Of a DNA stretch of 34,548 nucleotides, positions 1 through 12,974 are shown piece after piece. The stretch comes from Conidiobolus incongruus B7586 (taxonomy: Eukaryota). Location of the stretch: NCBI GenBank assembly GCA_000697335.1, contig JNEM01008199.1, positions 1 through 34,548 of the forward strand, written 5' to 3'. Both the position numbers and the translations under genes were made by a program. The notes below the pieces were generated by a model, which was not told the DNA's origin, did not search any database, and saw only the letters and a program-made list of their open reading frames with translations. The number at the start of each line of letters is the position of its first letter. Position 1 is the first letter of the stretch.

Positions 1-2058
1 ATATTATTAAAATATTTTTATAATTAATATAATAATTAAGTTAACATATTCATTATAATTTTATCATTAATATTGATATTTATATATATTATTATATATT
101 ATATAAGGAAACAAAAATAAAAATTTTTTTATCTCAAATTAAATCCAAATTAAAATTTATTCATTTAGTTATAGATTATTAAATAATATAAATGAATACA
201 TAAAATTCTATAATATATATTTTTAATTTCTAAATAACACTGAAATTTTAAAGATTTGGACTTTTATCTATTTCTTTATTAGTTAAAATTTTACTTCAAT
301 ATGATATACTAAATATACTGCTTTAATTATTGTTCAGATTTTTTATTCATGAATTTAATGATATGATTGAAAATTCATTGAATGTAATAATATAACAAAT
401 TAATTTTACACTTTTTAAAAAAAATTGGATATCAAAGAGCAGGGTGAATTCAAACAAGTTAACTTTTCTCATTAATAATTGTTTTTAATTAATGATGATT
501 TATGTTGACAGTCGAGAAAATATTTTAGCTGTCAATTTCTAATTGAATGATTTAATTAAAATTAATGATTCGATCAGTACTGGAAAATAACTAAGAAACT
601 CAAGATATTTATCAAGTCTTTTTGGGAATTAAATATTACTATACCAATTTTCCACAAAAAAGATTAGTGTTAATAATAATTAAGAAATTATTAAAATATT
701 ATTTTTATTATATCATTTAAAATATTTATTGATTATGATTTATATTGAAAATATGAAAAGTAAATAATATAATTTCCAAATATTTCAAGTATATTGAAAT
801 CATGATTAAAATTAATTTTCCAGTATAATTATAATAGATTTATTATTGTAAAATAAAAAGAGTAAAAGATTATTATTTCCCGTATAACTGGAACATAATT
901 AAAAATAAAAATATTACTTAGTTGAGTATCTCAAATCTCTAAATATCCAATAATAAAAACGAATGCTAATTCATAACTTGCACACTTAATTTCCAAAGTT
1001 AGCAAAAATATTATGTGTAGAATCATGAGATCAATATTCTATAACAAATCATAACAATAAAACAATCCTAGTGATTTGGACGGTAAAAGTAATTTAACAT
1101 TTTATTAGTCCCAAATATCCATTATTCTAACGAATTCAACAGGTATTCAGCAGGGTTTCCATTTTTATTAATCAAGGTCCGAGGTTATTTTTTGCTTAAA
1201 CTATGATTAATCCCTGATTTAATGAATACGTAATTGAATATTCAAGAAAATTCCTGGTTGCTTTTATTATATGCTAGATTTGAAAAGCTGAAATATAAAA
1301 CAATTAATTAAATGCTATATCGACTCAAACAATGGGCTAAAATAACTCAATATTATCTTATCAAGAAATATATCTGCTAATTATATAACAAAATATTATT
1401 TCCAGTTATTTTTACCAAGTGAATAATTCTTAATTATATTTAACATACCAAGAAATATTATTATTAATCATATCAATGAAAATGCTAAACACAAAACAAT
1501 TCATATTAGATATCATATATTCAATACATGAACTCAATTTTAGAGTCATGATTTGATTTTATATAATTTTTCAATCTTTATATTATACAAAAAAGATTTC
1601 TAAGGAACAAATACAATTCAACAATATTGAATTTAAATAGTTATTAAATTAATTCTAAATCATCATCAAATTTGTGTCATTTTAATTTTTGCTCAACTCC
1701 TTAATTAAAAATTATTAATGAAGAATAAATATAAACTCAATTTATGTTTCAAAGCAAAATTTTTGGTTCAGGCTTCTTCTATATTCAAAAGTACATTTAA
1801 AATTGATCAATAAATGTGAAAAGATTAGGAATTGATTGGCTAGGAGCAATCCCTTGAAAATGAATTCATTGAAAAAATGTCATGAGAATATTGTTATCAG
1901 TGTTAACAACACTTTAACAAGTTTTTCAATTATTCAAATAAGATTGGAATATTAACAAGTAGATTATTTATGTAATTTAAAATGGATAATTTTAGAAATA
2001 TAAATACGTCAAATAGGCCTTCTTGGTCTGCCGAGATAACAATGCAATTTTTAGGCTT

Positions 2059-3176
2059 ATGAGCAACACCAATTCCGATTGGTACTATACGGTCGCGACT
2101 AATGTCACGGCTCCGTTTGGTTTAATCGCTGCTCTCTCCGTTTTTCTCGGGTTCATTTTAGCATACTCTATTGATCATAGGCTAGTAGATCGTCTGTCTT
2201 TAAGGCTAATGTTTGTTGTTGCTATTTCTGATGTATTTAATCATGTTTCTGCTCTGATTGTAGCTAATTTAAAATCTATCGATGATCACTGTACTCTCTT
2301 GTCTTATATTTCGTTGACTTGTTTTACTTTATATTCTTTGACAAATATTACAGTTGCTTACATATTGCAGTGTGTAATTTTACAAAGGAAACATACGCAT
2401 AGAGGATTGGAAAAATATATTTGGGTAGTTGTTATTGGGATTACTATAGTAATTACTCTGATAATGAAATGGAATAATGTTTTGGGGAATTCAGAAAGTG
2501 ATGGTGGTTGTTATTTGATTGATTTTGATGATAAGAAATCTGTAATATTACTATTTTGCCTCTTTCATTCTTTACAAATATTCTGTATTGTATACTGTAC
2601 CTTTATCGTGATATTTATACATTTAAAATTGAATCAAAGGCTTCAAAGCGTTTTACAGATGTTTGATGAAAATACTCAACAAGATAAAGATCTAGCTGAT
2701 CAGGTTCAAAGATTCATCAGATCAAGTCTCTTATTTCCTATTGCTCCTTTTTTCACACTTCCAGGAACCCTCGCGGTATCCTTCTGGAACTCTACACATG
2801 ATTCCAACACAATTCCCGACTCTTTTGTAGTTTGGAAGTATGGTACTCAGGGGCTCTGTGGTGTATTTACTTGCATCGCTTTTGTGTTTGATCCATCTTT
2901 CCAAAATATTGTTAAAATTGCCAGATATCGTCTATTAAGATATTTCAAAGGTAATATAAACAAACTAATATATTACACATCTTGATATCAATGAATTCAT
3001 GTTTAGGTCATGTTGAACGTCCCATAACTATGTCTCATGATCTCTTCATCCTTCCCAATAATCCCCCTCTCTCGACGAATTTGACAATGGGAATTATGAT
3101 GCCAGATCCTGTCTATTGCTCGGATCCTAACGGTAGAAGACCTTCCTTTTTGAGAAAAGTCTCAGATTTGATGTAA
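2059..3176 (+). CDS. 7-transmembrane GPCR-like protein (cAMP-receptor-like/Git3-like class); exons 2059-2950 and 3007-3176
   Basis: Seven hydrophobic segments; RLSLRLMFVVAISD motif at the start of TM2. First ATG at 2059 (the ORF track starts at an upstream TTG). A phase-1 GT..AG intron at 2951-3006 joins the 320-aa ORF to the GHVERP...SDLM tail. Confidence 0.75.
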
Positions 3177-3299
3177 ATTTATCTATATTTATATATTATA
3201 ACTACTATATTCCTTAACACATTGAAACTGCATACTAATTAATTAATTAATATTATTTATTAATCATCATTATAATAAAAATCCAAGCTTTGAATTAAT

Positions 3300-3510
3300 T
3301 ACCCAAGAATCCTCTCTTCACCAAATCCCTAGGCTTATTATACAAAAATTCAGATTATTGATGCTGATACCTTTTCCTAAGCCATGTTAATACAATCATT
3401 TTCCAGTTACCAGTTTCTCAGTTTTAGTTCAAATAAGATTTGACTGTCCCATAAGTCATTTATCCCAAATATATTTATTTTCAGGTGAGCTGTTAATTTT
3501 TGGCTTAATT
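3300..3510 (-). other. Possible highly degraded non-LTR retroelement fragment
   Basis: One minus frame reads KPKINSSPENKYIWDK*LMGQSNLI*TKTEKLVTGK*LY*HGLG. Three of the stops are TGA (possible CGA>TGA). It loosely resembles the region downstream of the RT domain in LINE ORF2. Confidence 0.2.
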
Positions 3511-4312
3511 ATAAGTTCTTTTTTCACTTTAAAATATTTAATCACTCTTTTCAAACTTGCAATTTTATAAAAGATTTGATATTTGTTGTCCATATTTAGG
3601 TTTTCAAATATTAATGATTTCTCAGTTAATTTAAAAATAAATAAATAAATAAATTATAATAAAAATATGATTATTAAATATTAAATCATTTATCTCAAAA
3701 ATTATTATTTAATGTTCACCAGATGATATCATATAAATTTTATAATACCATTTTTGTTTCTTTCTCTTTTTTTCAGATAACTTTAAGATATCAAATAAGG
3801 AAAATAACCTCTTATAAATTTTTTCAAATATTTTCTAATCAATTAAAATCCTCATTTATAAATTACAATTATGTTCTCATTAGGTCAGGAAAGTTGATAT
3901 ATGCTATATGACTTGTGATTAGTTGTTGATATTAATCAACATTGATGATTTTGGTCATATGAATTAAATATTAAAGTAAAGAGATTATATAATTACATTT
4001 TGCTGTAATATTTTAAATAAATTTTAATTAATATATTACTCAATACAAGATGGTAATAGAGATAATAGTGGCATTGGCAAAAATTTAAAAAAAGGAGTTA
4101 TGTTACCTTTCAAATAAAAACTGGTGTCAAATTAAAATGGTTTAGAAATTAATCAACCAATTTATCAAAAATAAAAATTTTTTAAAAAATTATTAAGAAT
4201 AATTTTTTGAGTTTATTATTGATTCCTGTCAATATTAAAATTTTGATAGATATCACTAAATGAAATTATTACAATAATAATATACTATATTACAATAAAT
4301 AAGATATTTTGG

Positions 4313-5414
4313 TTAAATTTCCAATTGATTCATTGGCAATTGAGAGGAGAAAGTATCTTTGGAACGGACCGTTACTTGGTTACTCTCCTCGTCGTTCCCG
4401 TCTTCTGAATCAGCTCGATTGATGTCAAAGTTCCAATTGGGATCAATGGACACTGATGAATCATCAAAATCTATATAATAAAATTAATATCAATTTAATT
4501 ATATAACCTATGTAATTGATATTACCATCTCTTCGATTAATTAGAGTGTAGAATAACAATTTTAATCCTTTTCTAAAGTTGAAATCAAAAAGCAATGCCA
4601 TTAAAGTAAATACACCACAAAATCCATTAATACCACTACGTACAATGTCATAATATCTATCAACAGTCATGTTTAAATAGTTAGTCAGGATCAGCTGGAT
4701 AAAGCTCATTGGTAAAATAATAATGGGCGCTATTGGAAATAGGATAGTAGTTTTTACAATTTTTTTGATGCGCTGACTGAGTTCCATATCGTGCTGGGTG
4801 TCCTGGTTGAAATAGTTGAAAATTCCTTTCATTTTGATGTAGAGTTTTAAGTGGATTAGTATCACTGTTAATAGACAGAAGAATATACAGAACGCTTGGA
4901 TTATACCGTCTATTATCCATAAGGCCAACTGTGTGTCGTTGGATGTAGGTGCTACTAAATAGTATTTGTTCCCCACAACTACTCCAATCATATTGAAAAA
5001 ATATAGAATAAGTACACTGACGATGGTCAATAATATAGACATGCCAATTAATACTATTTCTTGATAAAAATTCGCCCTTCTCCCAAATATTATCACACTT
5101 TGGAGTAAATAACATACCGATATATTAGTGAAGATATAGAGATGTTTTGAAAATTGTTGAAGAATAGCTATAGTCATAGCATACTTAGGATGAAGCATGA
5201 GATCAAAGTAAAAAATGCCACTGATATGATTCATTGTATCTGCTAAAGAGATAAAGAAAATAAGCCGTATTGGCATTCTGTTGACATATTTGGGGCATTT
5301 TATATATACACTTGTCAATAAGATCACACATATGAGAGAACAAGTAAGGCCGATGGATGCTGTCACATCCATGACCACCTTTTGAATAAAATATTTTTCG
5401 GTTTCTGTAGGCAT
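4313..5414 (-). CDS. 7-transmembrane GPCR-like protein, paralog of 2059-3176; exons 5414-4526 and 4470-4313
   Basis: RMPIRLIFFISLADTMNH, IHLKL, LFPIAP and GFCGVFT match the first gene. A phase-1 intron at 4525-4471 gives an acidic tail DFDDSSV...QLEI*. Confidence 0.75.
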
Positions 5415-8400
5415 ATTAACTAGGATGAGCCATTGGAAAGGGTTAAACTCTATTTTCTTGCAACAGGTGCCTTATTTATATACCAAGCTTAATTCATTTC
5501 ATGTAAATAATGGATTTCAGTCTATTGGGTGAAATATTAATTGATGTTTCATTAGAAAGTCAAGAGTTGGCTAATTTAGGAAATTGTTAAAAGGTTTCAA
5601 TTACAGCCCAATCAATTTCTTAAACGCTTTAATATTCTCACTTGGCTTTCATTAAATTTTATTTTTAAAATGTGTTCTATAGATAGAATTTCTAATATGA
5701 TTATGTAATTGATCACTTACTCTTGTTGAATTGGCTATAATACCTTGAAATAGTATATCAATCTAGTGAGTTGATAAACATGATACAACCATAACCACGT
5801 TGTTTTAACCTACTTAAATCACAATATTTTAAATATTTAAGAATTTCATCAAATTAAATTTTGATACGATAAAATCAAAATATCAATTTATGCACTTAAA
5901 TTAAGAGAAGGTGCACAATTAACCCAATTATGGCGACTGATTGGCTGAATTGGAGGGTTTCAATTCATTTTATTGGTGTACAAAATTCGGACGAATTTTG
6001 AACAAGGCACCTGGAATTACCAGCAGTTTTATCTAGTCCTAAATAAATTTTTTGGATCTTGGTAAAGTATATTGCCACAATTATTATTTATAGATCTAAT
6101 TCCTTTCCACTGAATAATATTATTATTTTGTTTATCCATTATATATTAGTTAGTAATAAATTTTAAAAATTTTTATTCAAATTATTTATTTTTTTTATTT
6201 TTTTGGTCTTAAATAGGAAAAACGGGATATCCACCAATTAACAATTAATCAATCTTTATATCATTTTTTGTAAATTAATTGATTATGATGAAATTAAAAT
6301 TTTGCAAAAAAATTTTTGCCATTAGCTGTAAAAAATTTATCTATTTAACTATATTCAAATAATTATTAACTTTATAAACCTTGAGAATATAGCTCTGAAT
6401 CAATAATTAAATCATAATAAATTTATTTAATCTAATAAAAAGAGTAAAATATATAGATATTATTGATAAAATTTATTTAATTAATATGCCTTTTAGCCCA
6501 ATGAAAACAATAAATTACCTCAGTAATTAATTAATTCACATTAAATATAAATCAATTTTTAAAACACTTCTTAAATTTAATCACAAATAAACTAATAATT
6601 ATTTAAATTATTTATAGTGTATAATGAGGGAAATATCATTATTACCTAATTAGATCTGTTCAATGCATATAGTAATAACCTATCATTTCAAAGTAATTTT
6701 CATTATTCAAATCCAATTCTTTTATCCATTGTTATTAATACTTCATCATTTCATTGTTAATACAATTATAATCAATCAATGATATTTTTATTTATTATAG
6801 TTAATTGAAGACTATGGTTGTGTTATTATGATTTTATAGACTGATTTTAATAGTATTATTAATTCAAGTCATTTATAGTTGTATAACCATTTTCGATCAA
6901 AGCTATTAATCTGACTATAATAACTAATATAATACTAATATTCGATTGGAGAATAAAGTATCAAATATATTATAAAGCGACATAATTCAAGCCCATTAAT
7001 TTAATAATATCATTAGGTACTCAGTAACAATGAATTTAAAATATACTGAGAAGCCTGTGTTGATGTTAAAATTTTGAAAAACCAGCATAATTAATCTGCA
7101 ATACTTTTCATTGTTTATAGTGGATATCAGTAACAATCATGCTAATGGTATTCATTGATTATACTGTTGAAAAATACCTGTATGTCGTTGTAATTTGTTT
7201 ACTTGACAATATGATTACATCCTTAAATCTTTAAAGAATTAATATTTTTTTATCAATTATGAAACCGAGTTCATCATAATGTTCATTGTTAAGAAAATAA
7301 ATTTTGAGATGTAGAATTTAAAATGATTTAACTAATTATCTGCAAAAATATTTTCCAATTTTAAAATTTTTCTTTTTTTATTAATTTTTTGATTTGTAAT
7401 AAATTAAGAATAATAGAATAGAATCGATATATAATTAATATCATTAGATAGCATTGCTTATAATTAAGAATTGATAATGACCACAGCTATCGTAATTTGG
7501 CTAATATTTTATATTAGTTTTGATTTTTATAGGACATCAATCCTCTAACTTGGATAATTTTTTACAAAATTAGTTATTAATTTAACTAATTAATAGTATG
7601 ATATCATGGTTAGAATCACAATGTGGACGTCAAGTTTAATTTTGAATTAAAATTATTGAGGTGAATAGGTTTTTATTTAGATATGCATTTTTATTTAATG
7701 ATATTGTTATTAAAATCAACAGTTTAAACTTGATTGATTTCCGCTGAATATAAATATTAGCAATTAACTATTTTTTATGTTTATTACTGTTTTGAAATTT
7801 TAGATAATTTAGCTGGATAACTAACTTTAAAGAAATAAGGGTTAATATAAATTTAAGACCGTTTGTACGAATCAAAGACAAGTTGATGATTTGTCTTCGG
7901 AATTCAATCCGTTGCTAAAGTCAAGAAGTTAATTAATTAAACAAATTAAAATAATAGGCATTTTTTAAATTTAAAGATGGCAATGATAAAAGTATTTAAA
8001 TAAATTAAATTATTTTTATATTTGAATATATAACTCCGGAATTTTAACTCAACGCTCTTAATAGATATTAGAGGCTTAAAAAACAAACAATCATTTTGAT
8101 TTATATCTAAGGTTACGTTGATGTAATTAAATTTATTTTGATAAACAAACTATATAACTAGCATTTAACTTATTATAGCTCTTCAATAGTACTTAATGCC
8201 ATTTAACAACGATATAATGGTATTTTAAACTCACATTACAATATTATTGTAAACTCGCATTTTGTCAATTTAATCTTCGTTTCTTAAGTTGATGAACTAT
8301 TCCCCATCGCTATTATATCCATTCGATCTTTTATCAAAAACGAGATTAACTTTTATAGATTTATAAAGTAGTAAAAAAGATAGTGAATTTCATTTTAAAA

Positions 8401-9977
8401 TGCTATGATCATCATATCAAAGTAATAAAATAAGTTAATATAAAATGACTAATAATTATGCTTTAATCATTATAAATTTGATTAAAAATGCCTCAAATTT
8501 ATAAACTAATATAATTAATCAATATCTTTATGACCTGTTAACAAAACGTGGAAATTATGATTAAATTAAATAAATTATGTCGGATATGCTACCATTACAT
8601 ATTTTGATTCAATTTTTTTAGAATAATTTTTAAAAATTTGATCTAAAGATAAAAAAATTTAATTAATTTTAAATTAATGTTGATTTTTAGCCAATAAAAA
8701 ATTGGTTGCAATTTTAATGTATATTATTAATTATCAATAATGATTTGATGGTTTTCAATTATTAAGATCTTATATTAATTTTTTGATTAATGATCATTAT
8801 CAGATCTAATCATAGAGAAACATATTATACAGATGATACTATCTCAAATAATATTATCTCGTGATATTGATTTCGTAAATTCAAATTATTATATTCAAGT
8901 GCTCACACTTTTACCGATGAGAAAATTGAAAAATTATTAATGAGCAAAAACATTGTGTTAATTTTAATAATGAATTTTGTTTGACTAGTGATCAACATGA
9001 TTCAAGGTAATTTTCATTTATTATTGATTAAAAAATAGCTGAATTAAATTTCACATTATGATATACGTTATAAGTTATTAACACTAATATAACAATTTCT
9101 CAGCTATTTGAACTGGTAACAATATAAAAAAACCCTCAAAGTCCATATTGAATAATTTTTTGTCAAATCAATAATTCATGAAATATATTATTTTGTAATT
9201 AAAGATAAATGATTGATATTTACATTTTGGTATAAGTATTTAATACTAATTGAATAAGCTGATAGCACTTGAGTTATATATCAAATATATCTTTATTCGG
9301 TAATTTAATAGATTTTTAATGCTATCACTAGCTTATATTAATATACTGATATTAATTGCTTTAACAGTATTGTTTAATTTAAAAAATCAACCTTATATAA
9401 CTTTCTTATGGAATCCAAAATTTGATATAATTAAGAATAAAAACAATGGTAATAGTATCAAATTGATAGCAAGATTTTAAATGATGTTTATTCATAAATA
9501 TATTGTAAATATTAAAAAAAAAGAGTGTTATTAGTCATTTTATCCATTGAATTAACAATTAACTTTATTGAAGAAATTCAATAGTGTCAGACTTGCACAT
9601 ACACAAGTTGTGTTATACAATAATTTTCAATAAATAATTAAATTTGGTGATAAATAGCTATATAATTACAAAAATTATATATTCTAATAAAGATATTATA
9701 TCGTTTTTGAAAAATTTTTATCTCGTGTATTATTTTTGTTTGAATTAATCATTCTCGACAATGGAAGTGGGATTGTATAACCATTAGGAATAAATTTAAT
9801 TATTCATATATAAATTGTTTAATAATCAAATCTATGTTTACAATAGCCCTCCCGTACACTAAACTATTTCTAATAACAAATCTAAAACAGAATTTAAATA
9901 TAAAATAAAATAATTAAATATATGATAACATATTATTAATAAATAAAAAATATATATATTAGTCTAATTGAATTAAT

Positions 9978-10414
9978 TTACTCGGATTTTTCAACACTGT
10001 TTAAAAAATCTTTAGCGGTACAGGTTTTATAAATTTTGGGAGTTCTATGAGAAACGTAAGGTGTTAACTAAAATTAAGGAAATTAATATTATAGTTTTAA
10101 TATTATAATTATAATTAATTTACTTCGCAATTTTCTAAATCGGGAACAACATAATGGCGGACCTTGTGTGGTTCGATAATATAACCACCTAAATAAATTT
10201 ATGAATAATTTTCCCAATATATAATATATTAAATAATACCTTTTCCGTTATGTCGACCGTGGGAACCAGTACCAGTACCTAATCAAAAACTAATTAATAA
10301 TTCGCCAACAAAATGATTGATTGTAATTTTACCCTTATAATATTGATGACCTCTCTTACGGATCATAGGTTCTCTGATAGCACCACGATATAAATTTCTA
10401 ATAACTCCCAACAT
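9978..10414 (-). CDS. MRPL27: Mitochondrial ribosomal protein mL41 (yeast MRPL27), 91 aa; exons 10414-10333, 10278-10240, 10188-10124, 10067-9978
   Basis: Spliced translation MLGVIRNLYRGAIREPMIRKRGHQYYKGTGTGSHGRHNGKGGYIIEPHKVRHYVVPDLENCELTPYVSHRTPK...; the KRG..YKGTG..G.H..KGGY...KVR.YVVPDL signature is present and all introns are GT-AG and in phase. Confidence 0.9.
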
Positions 10415-10637
10415 TTTATTATTATGATTATTAAATTTGGATTAATTGTACAAAAATAATATATTTTTTGTTTTGAACTGGAGATTTAATATTTATATTA
10501 AATTCTTAATCCATAGAGTTGTGGGATTACTTTAGTTTTTTCATTTTACTTGATGAAGATATATGCAAAAAATAATTGTATATTAACCAACATATTCATT
10601 AAATATTTGGTTATAATTAATCTTTTAGCACGAAGTG

Positions 10638-10658
10638 TATATATATATATATATATAT
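10638..10658. repeat. (TA)n microsatellite
   Basis: Direct reading. Confidence 0.85.
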
Positions 10659-10846
10659 CATAATCACCATATATATTATACCAATTATTATATTATACTT
10701 TTTAATTATTAAATTTTTAATTAACTAGCAATAAACAATAAAAATTTCTTTCACATGTACAATTCTTTGAGAAAAATGAAATCAATAGATCCAAGTTCAA
10801 ATAATTTTGATAATAAATTAATAGTTTTATTATATAAAATTAATAT

Positions 10847-12566
10847 CTAATAATTAATTTTAAATGTAGTAATGGATCCTCTTACACCGTTAAATAAGGC
10901 GATATCATCAATTGGAATATATTGTCCAGTGATTAATTTAATGGATTCTTGAGCAATAAGTCCTCCAATGACACTGGCAGTGGTGGTTAATTCGCTGTGA
11001 CCACTTCTAGCAAGTTCGATTAAATAGTCTTTAGGAGCGGACGAGTCTTGGAGACCCCATCCAGTCAGGAGAGGTTGGAGGAATGATTCCATCGTTGCAA
11101 CATCTTTGTGAAATTGGTCGGATGTGGTATCGCTTGAGGGGATGCGAGATTCCGATTTAATAAAGTGGTGACGTGCTTTTAATGCAACGTAGAACCAGGC
11201 ATCAGGTTGTTGATTAAAGAGAGAAGATTGAAACTTGAGAGGGGACGTATATTCCTTATGAATTGGATCATAGTTAATCACTTTGAGATATGATGCATGT
11301 TTACAGAATGTAGTAATATCATCCGCAGAAATAGAGTCTTCGGCACGATTCAAAGAAACTAAATGACTATGGACATACTTTGTAAATGCGGCCTTGTCCA
11401 ATTCAGCTTTAGATTGGTAAGTTTGTTTTAGTTTGATATAGCTGTCAGTTGTGGTTCTAATATCTGGGACTACACCAGTTACTGGTAGGAATTTGCCTAA
11501 GCCTTCGTTTTCATAAAAGTCTTTCAAACTTTTGACTAAAATCCAGAAATGTGATGATTTCTCATTGAGTTGAAGTTGAGAACTGTCAAATAGAGCAAGT
11601 GTGTCCCTTGGTACTCTGTAAGGTTGGACATGGAAAGTGACATAATCAATCGCTTCACCCAAATTCTCCAAATCAGGAAATTTGGCAGAATCTCTTATCA
11701 TTCCTTTGAATTGAGTCTTCTCTTTGAAGTTAGATGGAATTCTATCACTATGGGACTCCTCCCACTTTTTCAAGTAGTATAATAGAATTACAACTGATGG
11801 AATTTCATTGAATTTTTTGATATCTTTAATTTGGTCAATTTCACCAAACCCATTAACAAATTCTAATAATTCTGGGAATGGATCAACGAGCCTCAAATCA
11901 ACTAAACTATCTGGATGTGTTTCAGTGATGGCATGTTCTTGAGCTGATACTTTCAAATAACCAACAAAGCCTACAGCTTCAGTCACAATCAAAGGAATAC
12001 TGTGCAATTCACATAATTTGGAAAGTGAAACAATGTCATCTTCATTAGTACTTACATCTTTGGACAAGATAATCAAATTAAAATTAGCGATGTCATCGGA
12101 TTTGGATTGTAAGAATTGATGTAAATCAATATCTTCATAACGACTTGATACTAAATCATTCATTTCTGCCAATAACTCTGTAATTAGTGCGCCTCTCTTA
12201 GTTGATTTTTTGACTTTGTTAACGTCAATAAAGAAATTTTTACTGATATCTTTTTCATCTACTAATTTGGTATCGAAAATAGTGAATGATTTAATACCTG
12301 CAAATAAATATTTTTAGTTGCAAATAGATTGACAGCTATTGTTTTATAAAATATATTACCTGGTAAAACTAGATTCTTTAAAGCTTCAGTACCAGTTGCA
12401 GTTGCGTTAAATAAAGCAATACTAGATTCTTCCAATTGAGTTTGACCACTCTTATTCCAAAGACTATTAGAACATTAGATTAATATTCATATGTAATAAT
12501 TATTAGTGAATAATATTAAATTAATTACCGTAATTGTCTATCGTATTTTTGTTTTTTAAAATCCAT
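10847..12566 (-). CDS. ULA1: NEDD8-activating enzyme E1 regulatory subunit (Ula1/APP-BP1/NAE1); exons 12566-12529, 12463-12360, 12297-10847
   Basis: Spliced N-terminus [56 protein letters not shown]; internal ETHPD..DLRL..PFPEL; C-terminal [20 protein letters not shown]. Confidence 0.95.
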
Positions 12567-12716
12567 TACTAGAGTTTTTTATGAATAATTATATTGATTT
12601 TTAGTTTGTTACTACGTTTGATTTAAAATATAAATTAGAGTTGTTTTTTATAATTATTATGGGAATTAATGATTTCGAACTAGTTATTGAATAATGTTGA
12701 AAACAGCGAATAGTAT

Positions 12717-12972
12717 TGTCACGAGCCAGATGACTCCCTTCTACCAAAGTATTATTATATCAACCTAATATTAAAGTCATTTCTCCCTCGCATACCATCT
12801 GCTCCCGCTACATCTTTTAATTGGCTGATAATGCAAGTCACTGGAGAATCTCATGAATCACCTTGTCCAACTCTATATAAAGCCCAGAATTAGTGCTATC
12901 CTCAACAAGACAAGTTTGATCTGGGTCCTCCTGGCTATTTGACTTAAACAAATAAACCACCTACCTCTATAA
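12717..12972 (+). mobile_element. Putative truncated LTR (Ty3/gypsy-like), 3' end cut by the mariner
   Basis: GC-richer block that starts abruptly with TGTCACG. It has ATTGG (~12820), TATATAAAG (~12874) and AATAAA (12951-12956) in LTR U3-R order. No terminal CA or target-site duplication was found. Confidence 0.5.
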
Positions 12973-12974
12973 TA

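Noticed and set aside
4681..5115. 144-aa overlapping ORF
   Set aside because: Alternative frame inside the GPCR gene with no recognisable motif.
5981..6000. Perfect inverted repeat CAAAATTCG-GA-CGAATTTTG upstream of the second GPCR
   Set aside because: Single short AT-rich palindrome that could arise by chance; no second copy seen.
5500..9900. Long apparently non-coding tract, checked for degraded genes and TEs
   Set aside because: Only short, unconvincing reading-frame fragments (e.g. ~6900-7200); no TIRs, LTRs or motifs that I can support.
12717..12972. Considered as RNase P/MRP or snRNA
   Set aside because: No P4/CR-I/CR-V or Sm-site motifs recognised; LTR-like signals fit better.
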